Notes: a model not told the origin generated them from the sequence alone. A DNA stretch of 26,420 bases from a virus (IMGVR_UViG_3300032270_000262:1-26420); one strand, 5' to 3'; shown: positions 1 to 9,427, counted from the first letter of the stretch. Numbers and translations: made by a program.

Positions 1-910
1 CATCCGCTCCCCCAAATGCTGCGGCTTCATTAGTCGCTGTAACAAGAGATAGGGTTTCAGGATTTCCATTTCCAGGAATAAATGTAATTTCTTGAATAGC
101 ATTGGCAATAATGTTTCCAGCAATACCTGTACTTGTTTTATATAGTGCACTGATAAGTTGGTTTGTTGGTGGAACATATCCGTTAACACCATCACCAAAG
201 ATAACAGATGTAGTTCCATCTGTATTTAAACTTGTAGTAAACACAAGATCATTTGGTCCTGAGTTAACAAGGCTGTCTACATATTTCCATGGAGAGAATG
301 CAATACCTTGACCTACATATACAACCAAAGTGTTGTCTACAATACCAATATCAAATAAAGAGAACTCTTGATTAGCCGTACCATCAGAACTTCCTAAGCT
401 AACTGGAAGTGGCTTGTATGTCGTAGGGCTAATTAAGTCTGGACGATCTGTGTTAGCTGTTTTTCCTTCTCGTGCTGTAACTGTTATGGATTGACCAGCC
501 TGTAGCTGTACTACAGCTTGAGTAGTTTCATAATAAATTTCTGTGTAGTCACCGTAGGTTAGAGGTGCCATAACCTGAGTTCCTATAGGTAGGTCTATGT
601 TTGCATCACTATTGTTTGTAAAAGAAACAGAGACTTGTGCGGGTGTAGGGCCAGAAGGTTTGTATCCATAAAGCTCAGCAAATCTCAATAAGGTGTCTGT
701 TTTAACCGCAGTCTCAATAGAAGTTTCGTTAGCAACACGATCTAGGTAATAAGACATGATGTCGCCCATATACGCAAAGGACTCAACCATTACTGATCCT
801 AGATCTGATGGATCGTCTGCTTCCCATTGATACCCGGTACGAGTATTGATGAGGTTGATGATGTCGGCTTTTAAGCCTTCATAGTCTCTAGAGGTATAGT
901 CGATCTGCAT
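1..910 (-). CDS. Baseplate wedge protein (T4 gp6 / baseplate J-like), runs off the window edge
   Basis: Not in the ORF track. Manual translation from ATG at 910 gives MQIDYTSRDYEGLKADIINLINTRTGYQWEADDPSDLGSVMVESFAYMGDIMSYYLDRVANETSIETA...VIFGDGVNGYVPP. The DYTSRDY, D-x-SDLG and FGDGVNG motifs are typical of wedge proteins. TAATG-coupled to gp25. Confidence 0.9.
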   Translation of the reverse strand, partial: MQIDYTSRDYEGLKADIINLINTRTGYQWEADDPSDLGSVMVESFAYMGDIMSYYLDRVANETSIETAVKTDTLLRFAELYGYKPSGPTPAQVSVSFTNNSDANIDLPIGTQVMAPLTYGDYTEIYYETTQAVVQLQAGQSITVTAREGKTANTDRPDLISPTTYKPLPVSLGSSDGTANQEFSLFDIGIVDNTLVVYVGQGIAFSPWKYVDSLVNSGPNDLVFTTSLNTDGTTSVIFGDGVNGYVPPTNQLISALYKTSTGIAGNIIANAIQEITFIPGNGNPETLSLVTATNEAAAFGGAD

Positions 911-1305
911 TATGCTCCCGCTCTTTCTATCATTCCGTTGGCCCCAAAGATTGCTGTATTAATGGTTAGAGATGTTATTTTAGCTCCTGGAAGCTCAACA
1001 ATCACCTTGATGTTGGCAAAACCTTGATCGTCTAAGTTTTCTAGCTCTAGCTTGTCTATGCGTAGCTCCGGAAGCCAAAGCGATACGGCATCGGTTATGG
1101 CGGTTCTGGCAGCTAAAAAGAAGTCTTCTTCATTTTCAAAAAGAGCTCGGGCTATATCTGTACCGTATTCAGGAAGCATAGGGCGCTGACCTACCTGGGT
1201 AGACAGCAAAGTTAAGAGGCGATCTAGATAGACCTTTGACTCTGTAGTAACAGTTTCTGCTCTACCAAAAGGGTTAAGGGTAAAGGGGAAGTTGATGGCT
1301 CTCAT
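910..1305 (-). CDS. Baseplate wedge / sheath initiator, gp25-like
   Basis: AINFPF...LLSTQVGQRPMLPEYGTDI..LFE...ITDAVSLWLPELRI is the gp25/GPW signature. Start re-called to ATG 1305 (TAATG overlap with the spike gene stop) rather than 1323. Confidence 0.88.
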   Translation of the reverse strand: MRAINFPFTLNPFGRAETVTTESKVYLDRLLTLLSTQVGQRPMLPEYGTDIARALFENEEDFFLAARTAITDAVSLWLPELRIDKLELENLDDQGFANIKVIVELPGAKITSLTINTAIFGANGMIERAGA

Positions 1306-1850
1306 TATTGGACTCCAATCCATACAGGGTATTCAGGATCTCCGGCTTCAAACATAGCCCAGACTAGCTGCCCAACTTTAGGTATCAGTCGATGCGGGGT
1401 ATGCTCCGCTACGCTAGGAGTTTGCTCTTGAGCATCATTCCAAAGTTGCGTAGTATTAGCTGCGGTTTTATGTGGATGTTTAAGGGTGTCAGCGCCCGCC
1501 TTAGCTACCACTGTAAGCGCAGGAATAGTTACAGAATGGGTGTGGGCTGTACCCGCGGAGGCTCCTCCTGAGGTTACGGATGTAGCAGTGGTCGTAAGCA
1601 GGGCGGCAATTTGAGCAGCAGTATGCTCTTGATGGTCAGGATGATTAGCTACGTTTGTAATAGGCTGCACAGATCGAGCCCACCCTGATACCTCTTGGCC
1701 TGTGGACTGCTGTACCTTTACTTTAATTCTGTTTTTCTTTAGAGGATCGTTTATATCTACGACCTTAGCGCTGTATATGCCAAAGAAACGTACACGACCC
1801 ATCGGGTCTACCATGTAACTTAATTCTGGGGAGTTGTAATCTGAGGTCAT
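1305..1850 (-). CDS. Baseplate central spike protein (gp5/gpV N-terminal OB-fold) with His-rich insertion
   Basis: FFGIYSAKVVDINDPLKKNRIKVKV...SGWA and IPKVGQLVWAMFEAGDPEYPVWIG are the two halves of the gp5/VgrG OB-fold; gene lies between hub and gp25. Confidence 0.85.
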   Translation of the reverse strand: MTSDYNSPELSYMVDPMGRVRFFGIYSAKVVDINDPLKKNRIKVKVQQSTGQEVSGWARSVQPITNVANHPDHQEHTAAQIAALLTTTATSVTSGGASAGTAHTHSVTIPALTVVAKAGADTLKHPHKTAANTTQLWNDAQEQTPSVAEHTPHRLIPKVGQLVWAMFEAGDPEYPVWIGVQ

Positions 1851-2455
1851 AGCACTTTATTACCTTTCGTAGCAGACCAAGCAGTAGTTCTTTTTACAGC
1901 TGAAAAGTCTGGGATGTCATCTTGATAAAGGTTAGGGGACGTAGGGTCCGGAGTTACTGCCGTCGCTGTTTTTTTAATATTAACAGACTTAATAGGCGGT
2001 GTGTACAGCTGCTTGTTGTTAACTGAGAAGGCATAGTCTACAAGGATAGATGGAGACGGCTCAACGGTTTGACCAGCGATCTCTGCGTTTACATCTCGGG
2101 TATCAGAAGCATTTGCTGCGTTTGGGTTTGTGTCTCCTAATACATCTGTGCCTAGCTCTACCTCAAGCATGTAGTTGGCCTGGGTTCCGCCAAAGATATG
2201 GGTGACCTTTAATACTGTCCAGTAACCCGACATGCCATTTGGCAAACCATCTAAGTAGATAGGTTCGTAAGGTTTAACGCTAGCTTCTCCAACAAGCACA
2301 GCCTTGGCTCTATACGCATAGCGCTTGGCGTCAGCCAAGTCGCTGGCAATAAACTTTGATTCGGTAAGGCTAGTGGTAACCTCGTGAACATGGTGGCGCT
2401 TGTACTTTGCTTTAGGTTTGCTGCTAGAGCTTACTTTTGAAAATCTAGATGCCAT
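1847..2455 (-). CDS. Baseplate hub (gp27/gpD/Mu gp44-like), C-terminal half as a separate gene
   Basis: AKAVLVGEASVKPYEPIYLDGLPNGMSGYWTVLKVTHIF matches the C-terminal barrel of gpD/VgrG-type hubs. Likely start ATG 2455, preceded by AGGAG with 7-nt spacing. Confidence 0.75.
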   Translation of the reverse strand: MASRFSKVSSSSKPKAKYKRHHVHEVTTSLTESKFIASDLADAKRYAYRAKAVLVGEASVKPYEPIYLDGLPNGMSGYWTVLKVTHIFGGTQANYMLEVELGTDVLGDTNPNAANASDTRDVNAEIAGQTVEPSPSILVDYAFSVNNKQLYTPPIKSVNIKKTATAVTPDPTSPNLYQDDIPDFSAVKRTTAWSATKGNKVL

Positions 2456-3296
2456 CAAAGTACTCCTGGTTCGGAACAACTTTTCCTCGGCTTTGAGCAG
2501 TATCAAAAACTTTATTTGGATGTGTTGTAGTGATAGAACCGCCAGATGTTCCACTGATTCCGCTCATGACGCGATCTACACGTACGCCTAGCTCAATAGC
2601 ATCATCTGAAACTACAGGTCTAAATTCTAGGCAGGTTCCTACAGAACGCTGTTGTTTAGTGATTCCATCTTTGTATTTAAAGTATGGTGCTTTGTTTTTT
2701 TTATCTTGAAAGATCTTATTCTTAGACATAAAAAAGATAGTTGTGTTTTCGGCTTTAAGTGCAAAGCCAGTTTGCTTAGCAAGCCTACGAAGAAGCTGCC
2801 AGTCTGTTTGCCCAGCTTGAACTACAGTTTCTCTTAAACGTGGGTGTCTTTGAGTAACAGCTTTTAACCCTTGACGTTTAGCAATCTTTGCTACTACCTG
2901 ATCAGCGGTTACTTTTTTATAGATCTCTTGAGTACTATCTTTTAATACAGAAGACGCAGAAACACACCACACCTGGGTTACATGAGCCATCATTGTTGAG
3001 GCAGGATCGATTTCGTACACGTAGCCTTCAAAGGTAGATTTGTTAGGCCCACTACTATATGTAAATTGAACAGGGTCGCTAGAAACAATTGTTGTCTCAT
3101 CTTTTCTTGGCTTACCTTTAAAAGTTAAGATAAGAACATCATGAGTTTCTATCTCTTGATGTAACTCAGCCCCAATAAGTAACAATTCAAAGTTAGGAGT
3201 TTTAGGAAAGTAAACACTAAAGTCAGAGCTGTATACGGAACCGGTAGATTCCTTAGCGTAGTTTTCAGATATCGTGTATAGATTATCTACTGACAT
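2445..3296 (-). CDS. Baseplate hub (gp27/gpD-like), N-terminal half
   Basis: FEGYV...TADQVVAKIAKRQGL...VQAGQTDWQLLRRLAKQTGF matches the Q-x-x-E/Q-T-D-W-x-L-L-x-R-L-A motif of gpD/VgrG-like hubs. Confidence 0.85.
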   Translation of the reverse strand: MSVDNLYTISENYAKESTGSVYSSDFSVYFPKTPNFELLLIGAELHQEIETHDVLILTFKGKPRKDETTIVSSDPVQFTYSSGPNKSTFEGYVYEIDPASTMMAHVTQVWCVSASSVLKDSTQEIYKKVTADQVVAKIAKRQGLKAVTQRHPRLRETVVQAGQTDWQLLRRLAKQTGFALKAENTTIFFMSKNKIFQDKKNKAPYFKYKDGITKQQRSVGTCLEFRPVVSDDAIELGVRVDRVMSGISGTSGGSITTTHPNKVFDTAQSRGKVVPNQEYFDGI

Positions 3297-3573
3297 ATGG
3301 AACTCTTATCTCTGTACCTGGCTCAATAGAAAACGGATCAGTAATTTCTGGGTTTACTTCCATAATCTGCCACCACAATAATGGGTTTAGTAGATACTTC
3401 TTAGCCAAAGAAGACAGATTATCGCCGTATACCCAGGTGTGAGTCAAGAAAGTAATTGACCCTAAAGACGTAAACTCTCTGTAGACTGCAATGTCATACT
3501 CACCGGTAGTCTTATTTGGAATCTGTGCGAGAGGCCCTTCAAAGTAACGAGAGGTTCTTGTTATATTGCTCAT
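3283..3573 (-). CDS. LysM-like baseplate protein (P2 gpX / T4 gp53-like)
   Basis: HTWVYGDNLSSLAKKYLLNPLLWWQIMEVNPEITDPFSIEPGTEIRVP is a LysM-like pattern; canonical position upstream of the hub. Confidence 0.85.
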   Translation of the reverse strand: MSNITRTSRYFEGPLAQIPNKTTGEYDIAVYREFTSLGSITFLTHTWVYGDNLSSLAKKYLLNPLLWWQIMEVNPEITDPFSIEPGTEIRVPYVSR

Positions 3574-5450
3574 TGTGCGCTCGCCGCCTTCTTAATTCCC
3601 GCTACATACTTTGTCTGCTTTTCAGAGAACGCCTTCTGTACTTCATCACTAGTTTCACTAATAACTGGGTAACGAATCATAGTAACGTCTACTGTACTGA
3701 ACATAGGAACCATAAGCTCATTAAAGATTACGTGGTTAACTGACACCGAAGCTACAGAACCTTTGTACCTAAGGTTGTTGTGAATCTTAAGCCATACAGG
3801 TGTTCCGGTAATATAACCAAAGTCAGATGTCTCCGCCGGTTTTCCAGAAACTGTGTAAGTCAACAAGGTGTTATTGCTTGGCTTAGGATCGCCATTTAAG
3901 ACTCTGTACAAAAACTCAATGTCATATTCTGTACCTCTATTTAGAATACCTTGGATCTCTTCTTCACGAAGTTCTCTAGGATAGTTTTTACCGTAGACTC
4001 CTGACTTGCCTTTCATACCGGCAAGTTCAGTCATATCAGGCATTCTATTTAAGTAAAGAGTAAAACCTACTGATACGTTTCCACCAATATAGTTAGCTGG
4101 ATCTTTATCGGCTAACATCCAGTCAATAGATGTATCCATAGCTGTGCTATAAGAGATGGTAGTAGGGTTATAATTAAACCTAAATCCCCAAGGCTTGTCG
4201 GCGTTTCCCGGCCCATTCAATGCGGTAGCTGAAGCTTTGTCTTGAAAAATCATTCCAAGTCTTCCAGCTTTTGTTACCTCAGCATTTAAAAGATCGATCT
4301 TGTCATAGGCAATAATGTACCCAGAAGCAGCTCTTGGTTTACCCAAATCTTTCTGTATATTATCTTTTACCTTATTAAAGAAACTTACGTCTCGTGATAC
4401 ATAATGGTTTGGCGGGTTGGTGCGTGTAGTTTGATCTATGTCAATTGGTTTAGATGACGAATATGGAGACGGTTCAGTAGAACCATTATCTACAGCAGCA
4501 CCACAGGTGCTTGTTTTAATAGCTAGCAAAGCATTGATTGCATCTTGCTTACTATCTTTTTTATCTGAACCCTTAAAGTCTTTATTGACGTTAGCCGGAT
4601 TATCTAAGTTAAGGTCAAAGCCAATAAACTGATCAGGACCCAAAGCTCCCAAACCAGCAGCTAATTTTTCTGCGGTATTAGCTCCAGTAAAGGTAGACTG
4701 GATACCATCTAAAGACCATCGTCGTAAGTAGTAGTTGGTAAGCAAGGGATTAATGTCCCCAGATCTAACGACAGCAACCCATTGGTTTGGGGTGCTGCAT
4801 TTATCTAAAGTAATATAGCTTTTATTCCAGGCAGCCTCTAAAACTTGATTAGGGATTGTAGGATCCATACGAGCCCCTGTCCACTTTACGACAGGTATAT
4901 TCTCTGCTGGCAATACTTCAAGATCTACTGCTCCTGGGTTCTCATCTGAGTACGGTTTAAGTCTTACATAGATTCTAGGAGTTACGGTTACGTTTGCCTT
5001 TTTGGCAAGCAAATTAAAGTAAAAAATTTCTTTAGAGTCTTGAGTAGAATTGTCAACGTAGTACGGAAACTTAGAAGCAGTGTTTTTAACAAACACTCTT
5101 TGACTTCCAGAGCTAGTTTGTACTATATCTCCAATACTTACTTGGTCTGCAACTTCGGTTCTCCAAGACTGTAGCAATAGAACTTGAACCCCATCACCGT
5201 CATACAGTGGCTCGGCAGGGTTAGCAACACTAGGTTCTACATAACTGTTTCCTACCCTTTTCTTTTTCCATACACGAATTGCATAGCGAACTTCGTAGTC
5301 TTTGTAAACAGCTTTAGAGTCTGAATTGATTAAGACATAGTCTTTTGTATCAGAACCTTTTTGAGTCTTAACCTGTTCGTAAGCATCAATAGTCCAAAAG
5401 TATTGAGACCCCGCATCTTGAGTACCAGATATGTTCTTATAGTTTGTCAT
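3570..5450 (-). CDS. Probable tail tube initiator (tube-like C-terminal domain) with a large unknown N-terminal region
   Basis: C-terminal WGFRFNYNPTTISYS...YKGSVASVSVNHVIFNELMVPMFSTVDVTM resembles tube-initiator proteins; lies between tape measure and LysM genes. Confidence 0.6.
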   Translation of the reverse strand: MTNYKNISGTQDAGSQYFWTIDAYEQVKTQKGSDTKDYVLINSDSKAVYKDYEVRYAIRVWKKKRVGNSYVEPSVANPAEPLYDGDGVQVLLLQSWRTEVADQVSIGDIVQTSSGSQRVFVKNTASKFPYYVDNSTQDSKEIFYFNLLAKKANVTVTPRIYVRLKPYSDENPGAVDLEVLPAENIPVVKWTGARMDPTIPNQVLEAAWNKSYITLDKCSTPNQWVAVVRSGDINPLLTNYYLRRWSLDGIQSTFTGANTAEKLAAGLGALGPDQFIGFDLNLDNPANVNKDFKGSDKKDSKQDAINALLAIKTSTCGAAVDNGSTEPSPYSSSKPIDIDQTTRTNPPNHYVSRDVSFFNKVKDNIQKDLGKPRAASGYIIAYDKIDLLNAEVTKAGRLGMIFQDKASATALNGPGNADKPWGFRFNYNPTTISYSTAMDTSIDWMLADKDPANYIGGNVSVGFTLYLNRMPDMTELAGMKGKSGVYGKNYPRELREEEIQGILNRGTEYDIEFLYRVLNGDPKPSNNTLLTYTVSGKPAETSDFGYITGTPVWLKIHNNLRYKGSVASVSVNHVIFNELMVPMFSTVDVTMIRYPVISETSDEVQKAFSEKQTKYVAGIKKAASAQ

Positions 5451-8449
5451 TAGTTACCTCCAATACCCTTGATCTTAAGTTCGTTATTGATAGCACTTCG
5501 TAGCTCACTTGCTACACGTTGTACTTCAAAGGTGCCCAGCTTAGCAACAGATACCTGCATGTCTACCTTTACATTAATGTTAGATGTTGCGTGTACAGAT
5601 CCTCCGCCTGCTCTTCCCATAGCTTGAGACATGTTGTTTACAGTTTCCATAGCCATACCTGGATTGTCTCCACCAACACCTGCAGCTCTAGCAGCTGTGT
5701 TTGCGTCATCTAAGTACTTAGTAAAGGAACCGTTAGTAAACGTAGCCCATTGTTTCCACCAGCTACCCTTATTAGAAACTTCAAATGCTGCAGCAATATT
5801 CTTTTTAGCGTTAAATAACTCTTTGTTATTTGAGATACCAAACTGCTTACGACGATTTCTACCCATGTTTGGAGAAGCAGGGTCGTCATCCTTCATGTTA
5901 ATCTGGAACAATCCGTAAGATAGATCTCTGTTCTTTCCATTAAACGCATTGGCTCTACCACCGGACTCAGCAAGCGCTACAGCAAAAGCTGTCTCAAGTC
6001 CTTTGCCTCTAAAGCCTGCACTGTGAAGCATACGAATCAAACCTTCGCGGTTACCTCCAGCCATACCTACGCTGTCACCGGATACTTTGTCCATCTTGTT
6101 ATTGATATATACAGAGCCGTTGCTGCCTTTAATACCTTTGCCAATTGCGCTTTGTGGAAACTCATTTTTAAATGATGCAAAGTCAATAGGGCCACCAGAC
6201 ATTAACGCATTACTTAAAGATTCACTTAGAGGAATGCTGCTAAGTACTGATGCGCTTGAACCTCTAAAGTTTAGGCCTGCACCAGGGGTTACACGTGCAC
6301 CCTTACTAGGGGCATCGTCACCAATACCTAGTGCCTTACCAACAGACTTAAATAGGTTAGATACAGTGCTGATAAGTCGACCAAACCAACCTCTAGGGTT
6401 TTCACGTCCTCTAGCACCAACGCCACCGTTATCACGTACTTCAAAGTGAAGGTGAGGACCAGTAGAAGTTCCTGCTCCAGGAGCACCCTTCTTACCACCG
6501 GACTTACCAATCATTTCTCCAGCGCTAACACGTTGTCCTACCTTAACTAAGATCTTAGATAGATGGCCGTACAGCGTAGATTTCTTTCCGTGTTTAATAA
6601 TTACATAGTTTCCGTATTGACGATGTAGACCGGCGTGAGTAACAATACCGTTAGCCGCAGCAACAATCTTTGTTCCAACTGCTACGCCGTAGTCAATACC
6701 GCTGTGATTGCTAGAGATCTGTGGATTCTTTGAGTTGTCACGTGGACCAAAGTTTGATGTAACCGGTGTACCAGCAGGTACAGGCATCTGAAGAGTCATA
6801 CCCTTTGTGTCTTGATTGCCGCCTGCAAACCCTTGCTGTGGGCTTACAGCATTAGACATTCCTGGGTTATCTCCACCCTGTCCACATGCGTGGCTTCCAA
6901 TATTGCCGTGGCTACAACCATCTCCGCCTCGTCCATAAGGGTTTGTTGCAGCACCGATTGTTCCAGCAACACCACCGGCAATTGCTCCGTAACCACCGCC
7001 AGCAATAGCGCCTGTTGCAATGCCTTGTCCCATATCAAACATAAAGTTTCCACCGGTACGTAACCACGATGGAACGTTTGCTTTATTTAAAAATCCTTGT
7101 AACTTCTCCATGCCAAAATAGGCACCTGCCGCTAGTGCCCCTTTACCAAGAAGTTTTCCAGCTCCCTTTAATCCGCCGCCCTTACTCATAAGTCCACCTA
7201 AGAAGCCAGGACCTTTTAAACCGCCACCTGCGCCACGAGTAAGAACGCTGTGCATCATTTTAAGTTGAAGCAAGTCCATACCAAGTCCGGCAGCACCACC
7301 TCCAATACCAGCGATTGTTGCACCAGTATTGCCTGCACCAGGTAACGTTTGCATAACGCCACGTAGTCCAGCAAAAGCTTGAGTTAATAAATCTGCTTGT
7401 TCTGCAAGAGAACTAAAACCATTGTTTACTGCAGCTGTAGTATTAAGCGCAGTGTTGTAACCACCTACTAATCCTTTTTCAGTGGCTTGAAGCTTACGAG
7501 CCTCACTAGTGTTGTAATTAAAGTTAGCACGAAGAGGGCTTTCTTTACCAACACCTAGAAGGTCTAAAGACTTTTGTGCGTTTCCTAAGTCACCCTTCTT
7601 AAGGGGGCTTCCACTTCTAGCTCTAGCAATAACACCCATTTGGATGATATTCATAAGATTTGGATCGCCACCAGCAATAGCGGAGATGGTTGCGTAACCC
7701 TTTGATCCAGGGTTTAATACCATTGCAGCTTGCTCTGGAGTTACCTTACGACCACCGTATAAGAAACGATAGGTGTCATTGATAATCTGGTTAGGTGGCT
7801 TTAGGTTTCCTTGAGCGTCACGAGCCTGCACACCTATTCGCAAGAAACGCATAGCGTTAACGCCAGCAAGTCCTGCAGCAACTTGTTCGTTACTAGACCC
7901 AGTGATTGCGCTTAGGCCACCAACCTGGGGCATAACGTTTTTAAATGTCTGACTTGTAGCTGTGTATCCGCCACCGTACATAAGTGACATAGTTGCCATG
8001 GTTGGGCCCATAGCACTTGTGGCTCCATTACCTACAGCTTTGTTAGACCGTAGGATAGCTTGGCGGGCATTTATTCCGCTGATGCCAGCTACAGCATCAG
8101 CAGCAAGACGTTGAGTCACGGCGGCGCCAGTATTTGGCATCATTCCCATGCCAATACCGGCAGCTACCACTCCACCCATTGCTACCTTTTGACCAGTACT
8201 AAATCCTCCGAACTGATCACGGAATCTAGGCATTTCGCCCATACCGATTTTAGAGTCACCCTTGCCGGTAGCAGAAAGCATGTTCTTTCTGATTTGATCA
8301 GTGAGCTCTGCAATTTCTTTCATTAACTTTGCAGTCATACCAAGACCTGCATTACCGTTAATTATTTTAAACATCTTTTCGGTATCAGAAGTAGCCCCTG
8401 CTAGGATATTGTCATCCTGTGAGGGGAATAGGCTTTCGTATCCTGCCAC
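5450..8449 (-). CDS. Tape measure protein with M23 peptidase and SLT-like lytic transglycosylase domains
   Basis: Ala/Gly-rich N-terminal half directly after the chaperone. M23 motifs HSGIDYG, YGHLS, STGPHLHFEVR. Transglycosylase motifs AVALAESGG and SYGLFQIN. GTG start. Confidence 0.9.
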   Translation of the reverse strand: MAGYESLFPSQDDNILAGATSDTEKMFKIINGNAGLGMTAKLMKEIAELTDQIRKNMLSATGKGDSKIGMGEMPRFRDQFGGFSTGQKVAMGGVVAAGIGMGMMPNTGAAVTQRLAADAVAGISGINARQAILRSNKAVGNGATSAMGPTMATMSLMYGGGYTATSQTFKNVMPQVGGLSAITGSSNEQVAAGLAGVNAMRFLRIGVQARDAQGNLKPPNQIINDTYRFLYGGRKVTPEQAAMVLNPGSKGYATISAIAGGDPNLMNIIQMGVIARARSGSPLKKGDLGNAQKSLDLLGVGKESPLRANFNYNTSEARKLQATEKGLVGGYNTALNTTAAVNNGFSSLAEQADLLTQAFAGLRGVMQTLPGAGNTGATIAGIGGGAAGLGMDLLQLKMMHSVLTRGAGGGLKGPGFLGGLMSKGGGLKGAGKLLGKGALAAGAYFGMEKLQGFLNKANVPSWLRTGGNFMFDMGQGIATGAIAGGGYGAIAGGVAGTIGAATNPYGRGGDGCSHGNIGSHACGQGGDNPGMSNAVSPQQGFAGGNQDTKGMTLQMPVPAGTPVTSNFGPRDNSKNPQISSNHSGIDYGVAVGTKIVAAANGIVTHAGLHRQYGNYVIIKHGKKSTLYGHLSKILVKVGQRVSAGEMIGKSGGKKGAPGAGTSTGPHLHFEVRDNGGVGARGRENPRGWFGRLISTVSNLFKSVGKALGIGDDAPSKGARVTPGAGLNFRGSSASVLSSIPLSESLSNALMSGGPIDFASFKNEFPQSAIGKGIKGSNGSVYINNKMDKVSGDSVGMAGGNREGLIRMLHSAGFRGKGLETAFAVALAESGGRANAFNGKNRDLSYGLFQINMKDDDPASPNMGRNRRKQFGISNNKELFNAKKNIAAAFEVSNKGSWWKQWATFTNGSFTKYLDDANTAARAAGVGGDNPGMAMETVNNMSQAMGRAGGGSVHATSNINVKVDMQVSVAKLGTFEVQRVASELRSAINNELKIKGIGGN

Positions 8450-8607
8450 TACTTCACCGTCCTTGGTCTATTCATTGCTCTGTCTAACCAAATCATTCGT
8501 TCTCTTACGCTTAAACTTTTTAACTCAGTAAGTGACCATCCTGGGTAGTACTGAGACAGGAGATCAACAGTTTGAATTAAAAGGTCATAACTTATCTCAT
8601 GACTGAA
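8449..8607 (-). CDS. Tail assembly chaperone C-terminal extension (GT-like), probably reached by +1 frameshift
   Basis: Not in the ORF track. The +1 frame reads FSHEISYDLLIQTVDLLSQYYPGWSLTELKSLSVRERMIWLDRAMNRPRTVK*, with the GWS/T-x-x-E-x-x-x-L-x-x-x-ER pattern of chaperone extensions. No usable start codon; stop overlaps the tape measure start (TAGTG). Confidence 0.75.
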   Translation of the reverse strand, partial: FSHEISYDLLIQTVDLLSQYYPGWSLTELKSLSVRERMIWLDRAMNRPRTVK

Positions 8608-9415
8608 ACAAGTCCGCTAAAGTTAGCGGTAGCGGTACCTCCCGACCGCAATTTGGACATGCTTTCTTAATTGAACTAAGCTGCGGTCCAGGGTTGCGTT
8701 CTGCGATAGCGTTAAGAATTGTTCTGCGATCTTTTACGCTGAGCTTAAGCACAGCATTAGGGTCAAGCACAGCCTGCCCATTGATCTCAAGAACACAGCT
8801 CTTTAGTACGATGGAGTCCAATTCTGGAGCTGTTTTGTTACCTGAGTTAACTAGTTGCTTTTGTGTATTACCTGTAGGTAAGTGCACCTTTACGGAACCA
8901 ACTTTGCAAGCAACTTCAAAAGCTGGTGATCCTTCTAGCTTCTTCATCTCTACGTCTTTATCTAAGTCAATAGTTAAAGTCATATCATCAGGGCATTCTT
9001 CGCAGAACGCTCCCTGAACTGTTACATCTGGGCCAAACGTTTGTTTACGAATAGCCAATAAAAGTAGTTCACGATCTCCAGCTAACAAAGCATCAAGGAT
9101 GTCTTTGTCTGGCTTCTTATCTCCTAGCTTAGTTACGGCTCTTTCTAAGATGAGCATTAAGCCCTTAGATAGGTCGTTAACTCTTGCTACAGCTTCTTCG
9201 TCAGCTCCATTGAGCTCACGTACTTCAGCTGTTGCAATGAACTCACCGAATGGTTCTTGAAAACCGGCCAGCAGTTCAACATGCGGATCAGAAGGAGGCG
9301 TAATCGGAGTTTCTGAAAACGCCGCCTTCTGATCAGCTTGAGCTAGTGCTTGCGCCGATAGTTGATTTGCAAGGGCAGGATTATCTACTGCACTTACTGT
9401 CGTATTAGTTGTCAT
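8597..9415 (-). CDS. Tail assembly chaperone (T4 gp26-like family) with two CxxC motifs
   Basis: VRELNGADEEA, LLAGDRELLLLAIRKQTFG, CEEC and CPNCG; lies between tube and tape measure. Confidence 0.8.
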   Translation of the reverse strand: MTTNTTVSAVDNPALANQLSAQALAQADQKAAFSETPITPPSDPHVELLAGFQEPFGEFIATAEVRELNGADEEAVARVNDLSKGLMLILERAVTKLGDKKPDKDILDALLAGDRELLLLAIRKQTFGPDVTVQGAFCEECPDDMTLTIDLDKDVEMKKLEGSPAFEVACKVGSVKVHLPTGNTQKQLVNSGNKTAPELDSIVLKSCVLEINGQAVLDPNAVLKLSVKDRRTILNAIAERNPGPQLSSIKKACPNCGREVPLPLTLADLFQS

Positions 9416-9427
9416 ATTAGTTCCTTA

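Noticed and set aside
2445-2554. Programmed frameshift joining the two hub ORFs
   Set aside because: The downstream ORF has its own well-spaced AGGAG and ATG at 2455, so independent initiation is the simpler explanation.
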